Source: a bacterium
Lineage (GTDB): Bacteria > Desulfobacterota > DSWW01
Length of the DNA stretch: 64,000 nt
Direction: 5' to 3'
Assembly: GCA_040756235.1 (NCBI GenBank)
Contig: JBFLZG010000154.1
Location: 35,046-99,045 of the forward strand
Part shown: positions 51,231 through 62,353 of the stretch, one piece after another
How positions within the stretch are numbered: position 1 is the stretch's first letter
Layout: each line of letters begins with the position of its first letter
Program-made: the position numbers and the translations under genes
Notes under the pieces: model-generated
The model's database searches: none
What the model was told of the DNA's origin: nothing
Seen by the model: the letters and a program-made list of their open reading frames with translations, nothing else

Positions 51231-51434
51231 CGGCCTGATCTTTCTTTTCAGCTCCGCGGGTCCGTTGCAGCGGCATTTAGCACGTTTCTGCCGCTGCCCC
51301 GGGATGATACGCCAAGTGAAGGGCGAACGCCATGCGTCCGGCAGCTGCATCCAAGAGACAGAAACGAGGGCCGGAGCCTGCTCCGCTCACGCCTTCTCCG
51401 GATCGCATGGAGAAAGCGTTCAAGTTCAACGGAC

Positions 51435-52424
51435 ATGGCAGGAAGAAATATGCCAGGAAGACGGCAGGGGGCGGCTGCGGCAGCCGCAGGCCGGAAGAAC
51501 CGGACGCCTGAATTCCCCAGGGACGTCGATTCGGTGACGGTCGAGGCGGGAGATCGCGCCGTGCGGCTGACGAACCTCGGGAAGGTGTTCTGGCGCGATC
51601 TCGGCCTGACCAAGGGCGATCTGCTGAGCTACTACGCATCCGTCTCCCCGTACCTGCTGCCGCATCTCCGCAGCCGCGCCATGGTCATGAAGAGGTATCC
51701 CAACGGGATACAGGGAGAGTTCTTCTTCATGAAGAGGGCGCCTTCCCCCAGGCCGCCCTGGGTCCAGCTCTGTCCGATCGAGCACGGATCCGGGAGCGTG
51801 ATCTCCTTTCCGGTCGTGCAGGACCTTGCCTCCCTGCTCTGGATCGTCAATCTCGGCTGCATCGATCTGAACCCGTGGTACGCGCGGTGCGACGACGTCA
51901 ACCGCCCGGATTACCTCCACTTCGACCTGGACCCGGTGGAAGGGGCCGACTTCGCCCAGGTGCGCGAGGCGGCGCTCCTCGTGCACGAGGCCCTCGATCG
52001 GCTCGAGATGCCGAACGTGGCCAAGACCACCGGGTCCCGGGGCATGCACATTTACGTGCCCATCGTGCGGGGCCCCACGCAGAAGCAGGTCTGGACCTTT
52101 GCCAAGGCCCTGGCCTTGCGCCTGGCGGAGCTGCATCCGGAGGTGCTGACCGCCGAGTACCGGGTGACCAAGCGGCCCCGGGGCCGCGTCCTGGTCGACT
52201 ACAATCAGAACGCGTGGGGGCGGACTCTGGCGAGCGTCTACTCGGTCCGACCCAACCCCGAGGCGTCCGTCTCCACACCGGTCAAATGGAAGGAAGTCGA
52301 AGCCGGGTTCGGCGCCCGGGACTTCACTGTCCGGAACGTTCTCGGCCGGCTCTCCAGGCTGGGGGACCTCTGGCTTCCCATGGCCCGTCCGGAGGGCCGC
52401 TTCCCGATGGAGAAATTCCTGTGA
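51435..52424 (+). CDS. Standalone LigD-type primase-polymerase domain (Prim-PolC-like AEP)
   Basis: LTNLGKVFW, TKGDLLSYY, RYPNG, FDLDP, KTTGSRGMH, VDYNQN and YSVRP...VSTP motifs. Confidence 0.9.
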   Translation: MAGRNMPGRRQGAAAAAAGRKNRTPEFPRDVDSVTVEAGDRAVRLTNLGKVFWRDLGLTKGDLLSYYASVSPYLLPHLRSRAMVMKRYPNGIQGEFFFMKRAPSPRPPWVQLCPIEHGSGSVISFPVVQDLASLLWIVNLGCIDLNPWYARCDDVNRPDYLHFDLDPVEGADFAQVREAALLVHEALDRLEMPNVAKTTGSRGMHIYVPIVRGPTQKQVWTFAKALALRLAELHPEVLTAEYRVTKRPRGRVLVDYNQNAWGRTLASVYSVRPNPEASVSTPVKWKEVEAGFGARDFTVRNVLGRLSRLGDLWLPMARPEGRFPMEKFL

Positions 52425-52557
52425 GGCCTGATAAAGACCCGAAACAGTGCACCGAAGATCAGATCTCGGGTGAGAGCACCCGGCCGCTGGAATTCCTCGA
52501 GAGGCCTCTTCGCTGACCCCTCCGAAGCCCCATCTCCTGGTTTTTCAGACCTTTCCT

Positions 52558-52586
52558 TTGCGATTCACACGGGAGATCGCTAGAAT
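52558..52586 (+). promoter_or_regulatory. Sigma70 promoter for tRNA-Leu/tig
   Basis: TTGCGA-N17-TAGAAT. Confidence 0.6.
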
Positions 52587-52653
52587 GAACAGGCGTGTGC
52601 TCATCCAGAGAGCCTCCTGCCCTGCGGGCGGAGGCCCGCGCGCGGGGAGCGCT

Positions 52654-52736
52654 GCGAGAGTGGCGGAACTGGCAGACGCACTGGACTTAGGATCCAGTGG
52701 GCAACCGTGGGGGTTCGAGTCCCCCCTCTCGCACCA
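52654..52736 (+). tRNA. tRNA-Leu(TAG)
   Basis: CTGGA-CT-TAG-GA-TCCAG anticodon arm, variable arm and CCA end; typical position before tig. Confidence 0.97.
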
Positions 52737-52851
52737 GAGAGACGATCGCAGATCGGTCTCATTGACGGTGATGCCGGGTATCGATAGCGGAATCGGTTGA
52801 CTGCGGACGAGCGACGGCGGCGCACGGGAAGAACGTGAGGGAGAAGAATCC

Positions 52852-54144
52852 ATGAGAACGGAACAGGAAAGCCTGAGCGGCACGCGCAAGAAGATCTCCT
52901 TCGGAATGCCTTCCGAAGAGGTGGACGAGGAGATCGCGAAATACTGCAAGAAGCTCTCGAAAGAAGTGGAAATCAAAGGCTTCAGAAAGGGCAAAGCGCC
53001 TTCGAGCGTGGTCCGCAGGTATTTCCGGGAGCAGATCCGCCGCGAGGTGGGCGCGCAGATCGTATCGACCTCGCTCGAGAGTTTCGTTAAGGAGCAATCG
53101 CTTACTCCGGTCGGGGAGCCTGAGCTCGACGTGCCGCCTCTAGAGGAGGGAAAGGAGTTCTCGTTCTCGGTCACCATCGACGTGAAGCCGGAGATCGACA
53201 TCCGCGACTATGAAGGAGTCGAGCTCCAGCAGGAAGAGGCCGTGGTCACCGAGGAGGAAATCGCCGAGTCTCTGCGGCAGCTTCAGAAGGCGCACGCAGA
53301 GCTGGAGGGAATCAGCGAAGAGCGCGGCGCCCAGGCGGGTGAGGTGGTCCTGGTGGACTACGAGGGCTCTGTCGAGGGGGTCGCTTTCTCGGGCAATCAG
53401 AAGAAAGACGTGTACATCGAGATCGGGCCCGAAGGGGCCCGCAAGGAGATGGAGGAAGCCCTCCTGGGCGTCAGGCCGGGGGAAACCCGCGAGTCGGAGG
53501 TCGAGTATCCGGAGAACTTCATGAACCGGGAGCTGGCCGGCAAGAAAGTGCTTTATCGCCTGACGGCGAAAAAGCTCCTCAGGAAAGTCCTTCCGGAGCT
53601 GGACGATGAGTTCGCCAAGGACGTGGGGCCGTATCAGGGGCTGGAGGATTTGAAGGGCCGGCTGCAGGAGGAGGTCCTCAGGGAGAAGCGCAGCCGCATC
53701 CGCAGGCGCCTGGAGGAGGACTTGCTCCAGGAGCTGATCCAGCGCAACCCTTTCGAGGCGCCGCGCTCTCTGGTGACGGCGCGGCATGCCCGCATGATGG
53801 ATGATGCCAGAGGTCACTTCCTCTCCAAGGGGCTCTTCCTGGAAGAAAAGACCGAAGGCTACCAGCGCCTGGAGTCAGATCTGGAGGGCCTCTCGGAAAA
53901 GGAGATCAAGAAAGAGCTGATCCTGGATGCGGTCGCACGCAAGGAATCGATCGAAGTGTCGGATGCGGACGTGGAGCAGCGCCTGCAAGAGATCGCCCGG
54001 AAGCACGATCAGAGCCTCGAGAAGGTGCGGGCGGAAATTCAGAAGCAGGAAGACGGATTGGCCTTGTTCAGGAGGAGCCTGCTCAACGAGAAGACCCTTG
54101 ATTTTCTGTTGGGCAAGTCTAAAATAAAAACCGTGGCCAAGTAG
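52852..54144 (+). CDS. tig: Trigger factor
   Basis: GFRKGKAP ribosome-binding motif, FKBP domain and ELDDEFAK. Confidence 0.96.
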   Translation: MRTEQESLSGTRKKISFGMPSEEVDEEIAKYCKKLSKEVEIKGFRKGKAPSSVVRRYFREQIRREVGAQIVSTSLESFVKEQSLTPVGEPELDVPPLEEGKEFSFSVTIDVKPEIDIRDYEGVELQQEEAVVTEEEIAESLRQLQKAHAELEGISEERGAQAGEVVLVDYEGSVEGVAFSGNQKKDVYIEIGPEGARKEMEEALLGVRPGETRESEVEYPENFMNRELAGKKVLYRLTAKKLLRKVLPELDDEFAKDVGPYQGLEDLKGRLQEEVLREKRSRIRRRLEEDLLQELIQRNPFEAPRSLVTARHARMMDDARGHFLSKGLFLEEKTEGYQRLESDLEGLSEKEIKKELILDAVARKESIEVSDADVEQRLQEIARKHDQSLEKVRAEIQKQEDGLALFRRSLLNEKTLDFLLGKSKIKTVAK

Positions 54145-54225
54145 CGCCCGATCCGGCAGAGCCCTCCGAAGACCTATCGACTGATGCAAACCTATTATCA
54201 TGACCTTCAAACAAGCGAGATCGCC

Positions 54226-54813
54226 ATGAGTCTGATCCCGATCGTCGTTGAGCAAACCAGTCGGGGGGAACGGGCGTATGACATTTACTCCCGCCTGCTC
54301 AAAGACCGGATCATATTCATCGGCACTCCGATCGGCGACGAGATCGCCAATCTGGTCATCGCTCAGATGCTCTTTCTGGAGAGCGAGGACCCTGACAAAG
54401 ACATTCAGCTCTACCTGAACACACCGGGAGGCTCCGTCACGGCAGGAATGGCCATCTATGACACGATGCAGTACGTGCAAGCGCCTGTCTCTACCATCTG
54501 CATGGGGCAGGCGGCCAGCATGGGGGCCGTTCTTCTGGCTGCAGGAGCATCCAAGAAGCGATTCGCCCTCCCCCACGCAAGGATCCTGATCCATCAGCCC
54601 ATGGGAGGTTTCGAAGGGCAGGCCACGGACATCGATATCCAGGCCCGCGAGATCCTCCGCATCCGCGAGGAGTTGGACAACATCCTGGCCAAGCATACCC
54701 GCCAGCCGCTCAAGAAGATTCAGACCGACACGGAAAGAGACTTTTTCATGACCGGGCAGCAGGCAAAAGAATACGGCATCGTCGATGAAGTCATCCTAAA
54801 GAGAAAGGTCTGA
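54226..54813 (+). CDS. clpP: ATP-dependent Clp protease proteolytic subunit
   Basis: [24 protein letters not shown] and IHQP motifs. Confidence 0.98.
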   Translation: MSLIPIVVEQTSRGERAYDIYSRLLKDRIIFIGTPIGDEIANLVIAQMLFLESEDPDKDIQLYLNTPGGSVTAGMAIYDTMQYVQAPVSTICMGQAASMGAVLLAAGASKKRFALPHARILIHQPMGGFEGQATDIDIQAREILRIREELDNILAKHTRQPLKKIQTDTERDFFMTGQQAKEYGIVDEVILKRKV

Positions 54814-54891
54814 GTTCCAGACCCCGGGGGGAGCAGGCGAAGGGTCAAGATCGTTGGCCAAAGGGGGGCCCATATTGACTGGAGGACAAGG

Positions 54892-56148
54892 GTGAGCAGA
54901 AAAGGGAGTTACGACCATACGGGCAAACTGGTTTGCTCCTTCTGCGGCAAGAGCCAGGACGAGGTCCGGAAGCTGATTGCGGGACCCACGGTCTACATTT
55001 GCGACGAGTGCATCGAGCTGTGCAACGAGATCATTGCGGAAGAGTGCGAGCACGAAGACCATCGGAAAAGAGGATCGTCGCTCCCCAAGCCTCACGAGAT
55101 CCTGGCTTTCCTGGACCAGTACGTGATCGGACAGGAGAGGGCGAAGAAGACCCTGTCGGTTGCGGTCTACAACCACTACAAGCGGATCCAGCAGGGCGCC
55201 TCGAGCGACGCGGTCGAGCTGCAGAAGAGCAACATTCTGCTGGTGGGGCCGACCGGCTCGGGCAAGACCCTGCTGGCTCAGACCCTGGCGCGTTTCCTGA
55301 ACGTGCCGTTCACCATCGCGGACGCGACCAGTCTGACGGAGGCGGGATACGTCGGCGAGGACGTGGAGAATATCATCCTGAATCTCCTCCAGGCCGCCGA
55401 TTACGACATCGAGAGGGCGCAGCGGGGCATCGTCTACATCGACGAGATCGACAAGATCTCCCGCAAATCCGACAGCCCCTCCATCACGCGCGACGTATCC
55501 GGCGAGGGGGTCCAGCAGGCGCTCCTGAAGATCGTCGAAGGCTGCATGGCCTCGGTTCCGCCCAAGGGCGGCAGAAAGCACCCGCAGCAGGATTTCCTGC
55601 AGGTGGACACGACCCACATCTTGTTCATCTGCGGAGGTGCCTTTCACGGGCTCGAGTCGATCATCGAGCGTCGGGTGCGCTCCAAGACTATGGGCTTCGG
55701 AGCGGAAATCCATTCGAAAGTGGAGCGCAACATCGGGGAGGTGCTCCAGCTCGTCGAGCCGGAAGATCTGTTGAAGTACGGCCTCATCCCCGAGTTCGTC
55801 GGACGTCTTCCCGTTATCGCGACGCTCGACGATCTGACCGAGAACGATCTGGTCCGGATCTTGACCGAACCACGGAACGCCATCACCCGTCAGTACCAGC
55901 GACTGTTCGAGATGGATGGCGTGTCGCTGCGCTTCGCGCCGGAAGCGCTTCAGCTCGTTGCCAGGGAAGCCCTCCAGAAGGGCACGGGCGCCCGGGGCTT
56001 GCGGGCCATTCTCGAGCAGCGCATGCTGGATATCATGTACACCTTGCCAGGCCTGGAAAATGTGAAAGAGTGCATCGTCAATCGGGACGTGATCTCGAGA
56101 AAGGCAGAGCCCATCCTGGTGTTCGAGAAGAAACAGGAAAGCGCCTGA
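54892..56148 (+). CDS. clpX: ATP-dependent Clp protease ATP-binding subunit
   Basis: CSFC...CDEC zinc finger, [16 protein letters not shown] and [13 protein letters not shown] motifs. Confidence 0.98.
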   Translation: MSRKGSYDHTGKLVCSFCGKSQDEVRKLIAGPTVYICDECIELCNEIIAEECEHEDHRKRGSSLPKPHEILAFLDQYVIGQERAKKTLSVAVYNHYKRIQQGASSDAVELQKSNILLVGPTGSGKTLLAQTLARFLNVPFTIADATSLTEAGYVGEDVENIILNLLQAADYDIERAQRGIVYIDEIDKISRKSDSPSITRDVSGEGVQQALLKIVEGCMASVPPKGGRKHPQQDFLQVDTTHILFICGGAFHGLESIIERRVRSKTMGFGAEIHSKVERNIGEVLQLVEPEDLLKYGLIPEFVGRLPVIATLDDLTENDLVRILTEPRNAITRQYQRLFEMDGVSLRFAPEALQLVAREALQKGTGARGLRAILEQRMLDIMYTLPGLENVKECIVNRDVISRKAEPILVFEKKQESA

Positions 56149-56273
56149 GCCGGTGAGATCTCTCCTCCGGTCCCTCTCGTGAAAGAGCTATTGAAAAGCA
56201 GTCGACCGGTCGATCTTTCAGGAGTGAGGGCGGCCCGCAGGGCATCCGAGAGAAGGCCGCAGAGAAGGCCGAT

Positions 56274-58739
56274 ATGCTCTTTCCATTCAGACGGGACGAT
56301 AAAGAAAGCAGAATGAAAGACCAACAGAATATACTGCCGATGCTCCCCCTCAGGGATATCATTGTCTTCCCCGGCATGGTGGTCCCCCTGTTCGTCGGAA
56401 GGGAACGCTCCATCAATGCCCTGGAAGAGGCGATGAACAAAGACAAGCGGCTCTTCCTGGTCGCCCAGAAGGACGCCAAGATCCAGGAGCCGAATGAGAA
56501 AGACATCTACGAGATCGGGACGATCGGGACGATCATCCAGATGCTGCGGCTTCCGGACGGGACGGTCAAAGTGCTCGTGGAAGGCAAGAAGCGGGCCTCT
56601 CTGGCGGATTACCTGTCCAAGAAAGACCTCTTCTTGGTGCGCGTGAAGGAGCTGGCGGAGTCCGAGGGGAAGGCGACCGAGGTCGAGGCCCTGATGCGGA
56701 GCGTGCAGGACTCGTTCGAGAACTTCGCGCGCCTGAACCGCAAGATCCCCCAGGACATGGTCCTCTCGGTATCTTCGATCGAGGAGCCGGGCAAGCTGAG
56801 CGACACGGTCATCGCGCACCTCAATCTCAAGCTGCCGGACAAGCAGGACATCCTGGAGACGGTGAACAAGCAGGAGCGGCTGGAAAAGCTCTACGCGCTG
56901 CTCAAGAGCGAGATCGACATCCTGGAGGTGGAGCGCAGGATCCGCAGCCGCGTGCGCAAGCAGATGGAGAAGACGCAGAAGGAGTACTACCTCAACGAGC
57001 AGATGCGCGCGATCCAGAAGGAGCTGGGCGAGAAGGACGAATTCAAGAACGAGATCGACGAGCTCGAGTCCCGTCTGCGCAAGAAGAAGATGTCCAAGGA
57101 GGGCGTCGACCGGGTCAAGAAGGAGATCAAGAAGCTCCGCATGATGTCGCCCATGTCGGCCGAGGCGACGGTCGTACGCAACTACATCGACTGGATCCTG
57201 TCCCTGCCGTGGTACGACTACACGGAAGACGAGGTCGATATCGACAAGGCCGAACGGATCCTGGATGAAGACCACTACGGGCTGAGCAAGGTCAAGGAGA
57301 GAATCCTGGAGTACCTGGCCGTGCGCGCACTGGTCGAAAAGATGAAGGCGCCGATTCTGTGTTTCGTCGGCCCTCCGGGCGTCGGCAAGACCTCGCTCGG
57401 CAAGTCGATCGCCCGGGCGACGGGCAGGAACTTCGTGCGCGCCTCTCTGGGCGGCGTGCGGGACGAAGCCGAGATCCGCGGCCACCGCAGAACGTACATC
57501 GGCGCGCTGCCCGGCAAGGTCATCCAGTACATGAAGAAGTCAGGCTCCGGCAACCCGGTCTTCCTGCTCGACGAAGTGGACAAGATGAGCACCGATTTCC
57601 GCGGCGACCCGGCGGCGGCCCTGCTGGAGGTGCTCGACCCCGAGCAGAATCACGCGTTCAACGACCACTATCTGGATCTCGACTACGACCTGAGCCGCGT
57701 GATGTTCATCACGACGGCGAACACCCTGTTCAACATCCCCCGGCCTCTCCAGGACCGTATGGAGATCATCCGGATCGAAGGGTACATCGAGACCGAGAAG
57801 ATCCAGATCGCCACGGGCTTTCTCATCCCCAAGCAATTGGAGGCCCACGGGCTGTCCGCGAAGAACGTGACCTTCACCGACAACGCGCTGATTCACATCG
57901 TGCGGGACTACACGAAGGAGTCCGGGGTCCGGAACCTGGAGCGGGAGATTGCGACCATCTGCAGGAAGGTGGCCAGGGAGGTGGTCAGGCAGGGCAAGGA
58001 CACGCAGATCCGCATCACCACGAGCTCGCTCGAGAAGTACCTCGGCGTGCCGAAGTACCGCTTCGGCATGAAGGAAGGCGAGAACCGCATCGGCCTGACC
58101 AACGGGCTGGCCTGGACCGAGCTCGGAGGCGAGCTCCTCGTCACGGAAGCCACGGTCATGCCGGGCAAGGGCAATCTGATCATCACGGGCAAGCTCGGAG
58201 ACGTGATGCAGGAGTCGGTCCAGGCCGCCATGAGCTACGTGCGGTCGCGTGCCGAAGCGTTGAAGCTGGACAAGGACTTCTACCAGAAGGTGGACATCCA
58301 CGTGCACATCCCGGAAGGCGCCATCCCCAAGGACGGCCCCTCTGCCGGAATCACGATCGCCACTTCGATCGCCTCCGCCCTGACTCGACGTCCCGTGCGG
58401 ATGGACCTGGCCATGACCGGAGAGATCACCTTGCGCGGCCGCGTCCTCCCGATCGGCGGCCTCAAGGAGAAGGTGCTGGCCGCCCACAGGGCCGACGTCC
58501 AGATGGTCCTGATACCGAACGAGAACGAGAAGGACATCCGCGAAGTCCCGGCCCGGGTTCTGAAGAAGGTGAAGCTCGTCATGGTGGAGCACATGGACGA
58601 GGTGCTCAACCGCGCCCTCCTTGCGGATCCGATCCCCGAACCGGTCGTCGTGGCCGAAGCGACCGAGGGGGAGCAACAGCCGAAGCACGACGGCCTGAAG
58701 AAAGGTTACGTGGATCATCCGCGTACCGATCTGGTGTAG
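56274..58739 (+). CDS. lon: Lon protease
   Basis: [22 protein letters not shown] and PIGGLKEK motifs. Confidence 0.98.
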   Translation: MLFPFRRDDKESRMKDQQNILPMLPLRDIIVFPGMVVPLFVGRERSINALEEAMNKDKRLFLVAQKDAKIQEPNEKDIYEIGTIGTIIQMLRLPDGTVKVLVEGKKRASLADYLSKKDLFLVRVKELAESEGKATEVEALMRSVQDSFENFARLNRKIPQDMVLSVSSIEEPGKLSDTVIAHLNLKLPDKQDILETVNKQERLEKLYALLKSEIDILEVERRIRSRVRKQMEKTQKEYYLNEQMRAIQKELGEKDEFKNEIDELESRLRKKKMSKEGVDRVKKEIKKLRMMSPMSAEATVVRNYIDWILSLPWYDYTEDEVDIDKAERILDEDHYGLSKVKERILEYLAVRALVEKMKAPILCFVGPPGVGKTSLGKSIARATGRNFVRASLGGVRDEAEIRGHRRTYIGALPGKVIQYMKKSGSGNPVFLLDEVDKMSTDFRGDPAAALLEVLDPEQNHAFNDHYLDLDYDLSRVMFITTANTLFNIPRPLQDRMEIIRIEGYIETEKIQIATGFLIPKQLEAHGLSAKNVTFTDNALIHIVRDYTKESGVRNLEREIATICRKVAREVVRQGKDTQIRITTSSLEKYLGVPKYRFGMKEGENRIGLTNGLAWTELGGELLVTEATVMPGKGNLIITGKLGDVMQESVQAAMSYVRSRAEALKLDKDFYQKVDIHVHIPEGAIPKDGPSAGITIATSIASALTRRPVRMDLAMTGEITLRGRVLPIGGLKEKVLAAHRADVQMVLIPNENEKDIREVPARVLKKVKLVMVEHMDEVLNRALLADPIPEPVVVAEATEGEQQPKHDGLKKGYVDHPRTDLV

Positions 58740-58902
58740 CCGGTCGGCGTAAGGGCTTGGACTCTCTTCCCGGTTTTCGTGAAGCTCCGGAGCTCGAAGG
58801 TGGAAAGGAAGCCCCGTTCCATGGTAGATTATGCCGTGTGAGGGGCGGGGCCGGTGCAGAGAAGAACCGTCTGAAATCGATCGAGGACTTCGAGGAGGCA
58901 GA

Positions 58903-58978
58903 GGGCGGATAGCTCAGCTGGAAGAGCATCGGCCTTACAAGCCGGGGGTCACAGGTTCGAGTCCTGTTCCGCCTACCA
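58903..58978 (+). tRNA. tRNA-Val(TAC)
   Basis: CGGC-CT-TAC-AA-GCCG anticodon arm; CCA end. Confidence 0.97.
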
Positions 58979-58997
58979 GAAGAAGCAGACATATTAA

Positions 58998-59074
58998 GGG
59001 GGCGTGGTGCAGCTGGTTAGCACACCGGCCTGTCAAGCCGGAGGTCGCGGGTTCGAGCCCCGTCGCTCCCGCCA
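58998..59074 (+). tRNA. tRNA-Asp(GTC)
   Basis: CCGGC-CT-GTC-AA-GCCGG anticodon arm; G73 and CCA end. Confidence 0.97.
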
Positions 59075-59081
59075 GTAAAAT

Positions 59082-59119
59082 AAAGGGGTTACGAGAAATC
59101 GTAACCCCTTTTGATTTTT
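59082..59119 (+). terminator. Intrinsic terminator after tRNA-Asp
   Basis: AAAGGGGTTACGA-GAAA-TCGTAACCCCTTT followed by a T-rich tract. Confidence 0.85.
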
Positions 59120-59128
59120 ATCCGCAGA

Positions 59129-59150
59129 ATTCCCAACAGCATTCCCAACA
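59129..59150 (+). repeat. 10-bp direct repeat (possible integrase arm-type sites)
   Basis: ATTCCCAACA-GC-ATTCCCAACA. Confidence 0.6.
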
Positions 59151-59206
59151 CGCCGACCACAGATCGAGCGACGATCACGCCGGGAACCCGCGAAGGTACG
59201 TCCTTG

Positions 59207-59222
59207 TGGCACGCCTCGTGCT
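59207..59222 (+). promoter_or_regulatory. Sigma54-like promoter upstream of the excisionase-like gene
   Basis: TGGCAC-GCCTC-GTGCT. Confidence 0.5.
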
Positions 59223-59262
59223 TATGCCCTCTGAAGGAAGTTGAAAGACTCCTGGAGGCATA

Positions 59263-59502
59263 ATGAAAGCTCAGTACTTGACCGAGAAGCAGGTCTCGGA
59301 AATGACCGGCAGAGCGCTCCAGACCTTGCGAAACGAGAGACATCTCTGCCGGGGCATTCCATACGTCAAGGTAGGGCGCTCGATCCGATACAGCCTGGAA
59401 GACGTTATCGGGTTCATGGAAACCAGGAAGGTGAGGACACAGGATTCCCCGTACACGCCCTTAGAACGTGGCCGCCAGGCTCGGGTGGCGACAAGGATCT
59501 GA
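59263..59502 (+). CDS. Excisionase/AlpA-like helix-turn-helix DNA-binding protein
   Basis: YLTEKQVSEMTG.ALQTLRNER...GIPYVKVGRSIRY pattern; GGAGG RBS. Confidence 0.88.
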   Translation: MKAQYLTEKQVSEMTGRALQTLRNERHLCRGIPYVKVGRSIRYSLEDVIGFMETRKVRTQDSPYTPLERGRQARVATRI

Positions 59503-59806
59503 TCTCAGTGCCCCGAAACGGTACCCCCTGCCGTAAGCCTCTTTAGCTGTCACCCGTCTTCCTCAGGGGGAAAACGAGCCAGACACGATATCCAACACGT
59601 TTTGCATGATGGCATTGTGGACCAGGCCGCGGTCAGCTGCGGTTGCAGGCTCAGGCATATGATCGCGTGATGGATCCGGCAAGGGTCTGAATACAGACTC
59701 TCGTAGTAGCCCGCCACGGTCACTTCTTCTGATTACCCACCAGTCCCACGCATTGCCGCCGTCGCATGAGATTACGGGGAAGAAATGCGACCGGGTCAAA
59801 TCCCGG

Positions 59807-59822
59807 TGGCAGGCTTTTTGCT
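59807..59822 (+). promoter_or_regulatory. Sigma54 promoter upstream of the MMPL operon
   Basis: TGGCAG-GCTTT-TTGCT, followed by an AT-rich tract. Confidence 0.65.
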
Positions 59823-59970
59823 ATGCAAAAATTTCCAATTGTTAGCTGGTGAAGACTTATGTTATACGAAAAAGCACGCAGGCGTTCTCGATCGCCGCCG
59901 GTCGCACATCCCAGCCGGATGGCAGGGCTTTCAGGCGTCCAACAGACCGTCGTCAGAGGAGGGGCAGACC

Positions 59971-62286
59971 GTGCTGGAGCGCCTTGCGATCTTCCTCATT
60001 AAGAAGCGTGTTGCGGTCATTGCGGCGATGGCAGCCATCACTCTCGTTTTCATGCATTTCATGTATCAGCTCAAGATCAACGACAACTTCGAGGAGTCGG
60101 TTTACAGGGGGGATCTGGGCTACGAAGATCTCAGTCGGACGATGGACAAGCTGGGTCACGACGACATGGTCCTGGTGGCCGTCGAGTGCGGTGACGTGCT
60201 GGAGCCGAAGAACCTGGAACTGATTCGGGCCTTGCACTCGAAGCTTGAGGCGCTTCCCTCGGTTGGGCGCGTGGTTTCCCTTGCGAACGCACAGGATCTC
60301 GTCATGGCGGACGGAGAACTCTCCTACCAGAAGGTGACATCCCCTGGGGGACGGTCGCAGGAGAGGATCGCAGCCGACATCCAGGCAAACCCCGTATACG
60401 GTTCACTGCTCATCTCGGACGACCTCAAGGCAGCCGCCCTCTACCTGCAGCTCGCCCCCGAGGTGTCGTCCGATACCGTTATAGGGAAGCAGGTGGTTGG
60501 GGATGTGGTGCGGGTCATGGAGGGATTCAGCACCGAGACGGGGATGAGGACGCACGTGGTGGGTCCGCCGGTTCTGCGCGCAGCCTGGACCGACCGGGTC
60601 ACCCGGGATCTTTGTGTCTTCGTGCCCCTGGCGATGCTCCTCGTGGTAGGAGCGCTTTTTGCGATCTTCCGATCCTTTTTCCTTACGATCCTGCCTTTCG
60701 TGGTCATTGGAATCCCCGTGATCTGGACGATGGGCCTGGTTCAGATCTTCTCCGGGGAACTGAACCTCGTGACCATCATCGTGCCGACCGTTCTCCTGGT
60801 GATCGGGACCTCAGACCTGGTGCACATGCTTTCGAACTATCGGGAAAGCATGGTGTGCTGCGGAAGCAGGCTGGAAGCTATCGTGCGCATGGTGAAGTTG
60901 AGTGCGCTCCCCTGCTTCATGACCTCGTTCACGACGATGCTCGGCTTCTTCTCGATGCTCGTAAACGAGATCGCCCCGATACGGGAGATGGGTATCTATG
61001 CCGGGGTCGGGCTGGGACTCTCCTACCTTGTGGCGATCACGCTCGCCCCTGCCGTGCTCTCGTTCCTTGGCCCCGTGCACCTGGGGGACTTCCTTGAGAG
61101 GCAGGTACTCTTGGGACGCCGCCTGGACGGAGTGCTCGAGTGGGCCTGGCGACAAGCGGTCACGCCCGGCAGTTGGGGCGTTCGGGCAGCGGTCGTCGTC
61201 GCGGCCTTCTGCTGCTCGGGGTTCCTGGCGGTGGATTTCAGCACGGATCTGACGAGCATGCTGCCCTCGAGCGAGCTCAACGCCTCGCACGAGTACGTGA
61301 ATCGTCACTTCGCCGGCACCGGAGTGATGTACGTTCACGTGAAAGCTGAAAACGGCGTCTCGATTCTGGCGCCGGCGAACCTCGAGATCATCGATCGGCT
61401 CCGGAAGCACCTCGAAGAAGATGCCGGCCGGGGAGTAGGCAAGGTCACGGCGGTCACGGACGTGCTCAAGTATGTGCGCATGCGCTGGATGGGGGAGGAG
61501 CAACAGGGCGCGCTCCCTTCAACGGAGGCAGAAGCCGCGCAGTTGGTGGAACTGGCCTCGATGGCCGGAGACGGCTCGCTCTTCGAGAACTACGTGTACC
61601 TGGATCGAGACAAGAACGAAAGCTTTGTCACGATCAGCATGAAGGGGCACGACTTCGATGTTTGGGAACGGGTGATCCAGAGCGTGAACGGTTTCATCGG
61701 CGCCCATGCCACCGACGGGCTCACCATGCAGCTCACCGGCGTGAACTTCCTGCGGACCAGGTTTCATGAGCCCATGGTCAGGGGCTTGAAGACGAGCTCT
61801 CTTCTTGCCCTGGTAACGATCACGCTTTCCATGGCCCTTGTGTTTCGCTCGTTCAAGGCCGGGGTCGTGGCCATGCTCCCCAACGTGCTTCCGGTCGTGA
61901 TGACCCTTGGGGTCATGGGTCTCCTGGACATCCGGATGAACATGTTTACCGCGCCCTTCGCGAGCATCGCCCTGGGCCTTGCCGTGGACGATACGCTGCA
62001 GTTCTTCGGCCGGTACTCGATCGAAAGACGGAGTTCGGGAAGCCCGGAAGAAGCCCTGCATCGCACCATGCTTGCGGTCGGCAAGGCCATGATCTTTACC
62101 TCGATCATCTTTGTGCTTGGCTTCGGGATCGATCTCTTTTCCTCCTTCGAGGTGACGAGGAACTTCGGGGCCCTGGTGGCCTTTGCACTGGTGGCGGCGA
62201 TGCTCGCCGATCTCCTGCTCACGCCGCGGCTGATCCTCAGGACGAGAGTGCTGGAGAAGAGAGCGGTCAGCGGGGAGCCGCCGTGA
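59971..62286 (+). CDS. MMPL/RND family transporter
   Basis: Two repeats of one TM plus periplasmic domain plus five TMs; GTSDLVH, TSFTTMLGF, PNVLP and GLAVDDTLQF motifs; GAGGAGG RBS before a GTG start. Confidence 0.92.
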   Translation: MLERLAIFLIKKRVAVIAAMAAITLVFMHFMYQLKINDNFEESVYRGDLGYEDLSRTMDKLGHDDMVLVAVECGDVLEPKNLELIRALHSKLEALPSVGRVVSLANAQDLVMADGELSYQKVTSPGGRSQERIAADIQANPVYGSLLISDDLKAAALYLQLAPEVSSDTVIGKQVVGDVVRVMEGFSTETGMRTHVVGPPVLRAAWTDRVTRDLCVFVPLAMLLVVGALFAIFRSFFLTILPFVVIGIPVIWTMGLVQIFSGELNLVTIIVPTVLLVIGTSDLVHMLSNYRESMVCCGSRLEAIVRMVKLSALPCFMTSFTTMLGFFSMLVNEIAPIREMGIYAGVGLGLSYLVAITLAPAVLSFLGPVHLGDFLERQVLLGRRLDGVLEWAWRQAVTPGSWGVRAAVVVAAFCCSGFLAVDFSTDLTSMLPSSELNASHEYVNRHFAGTGVMYVHVKAENGVSILAPANLEIIDRLRKHLEEDAGRGVGKVTAVTDVLKYVRMRWMGEEQQGALPSTEAEAAQLVELASMAGDGSLFENYVYLDRDKNESFVTISMKGHDFDVWERVIQSVNGFIGAHATDGLTMQLTGVNFLRTRFHEPMVRGLKTSSLLALVTITLSMALVFRSFKAGVVAMLPNVLPVVMTLGVMGLLDIRMNMFTAPFASIALGLAVDDTLQFFGRYSIERRSSGSPEEALHRTMLAVGKAMIFTSIIFVLGFGIDLFSSFEVTRNFGALVAFALVAAMLADLLLTPRLILRTRVLEKRAVSGEPP

Positions 62287-62353
62287 TGAAGTGACGTCGA
62301 AGAGACCTATGGCCGGTCAGTCGGCATCGTGAAATGGGCTGGAGGGGTGAGAA

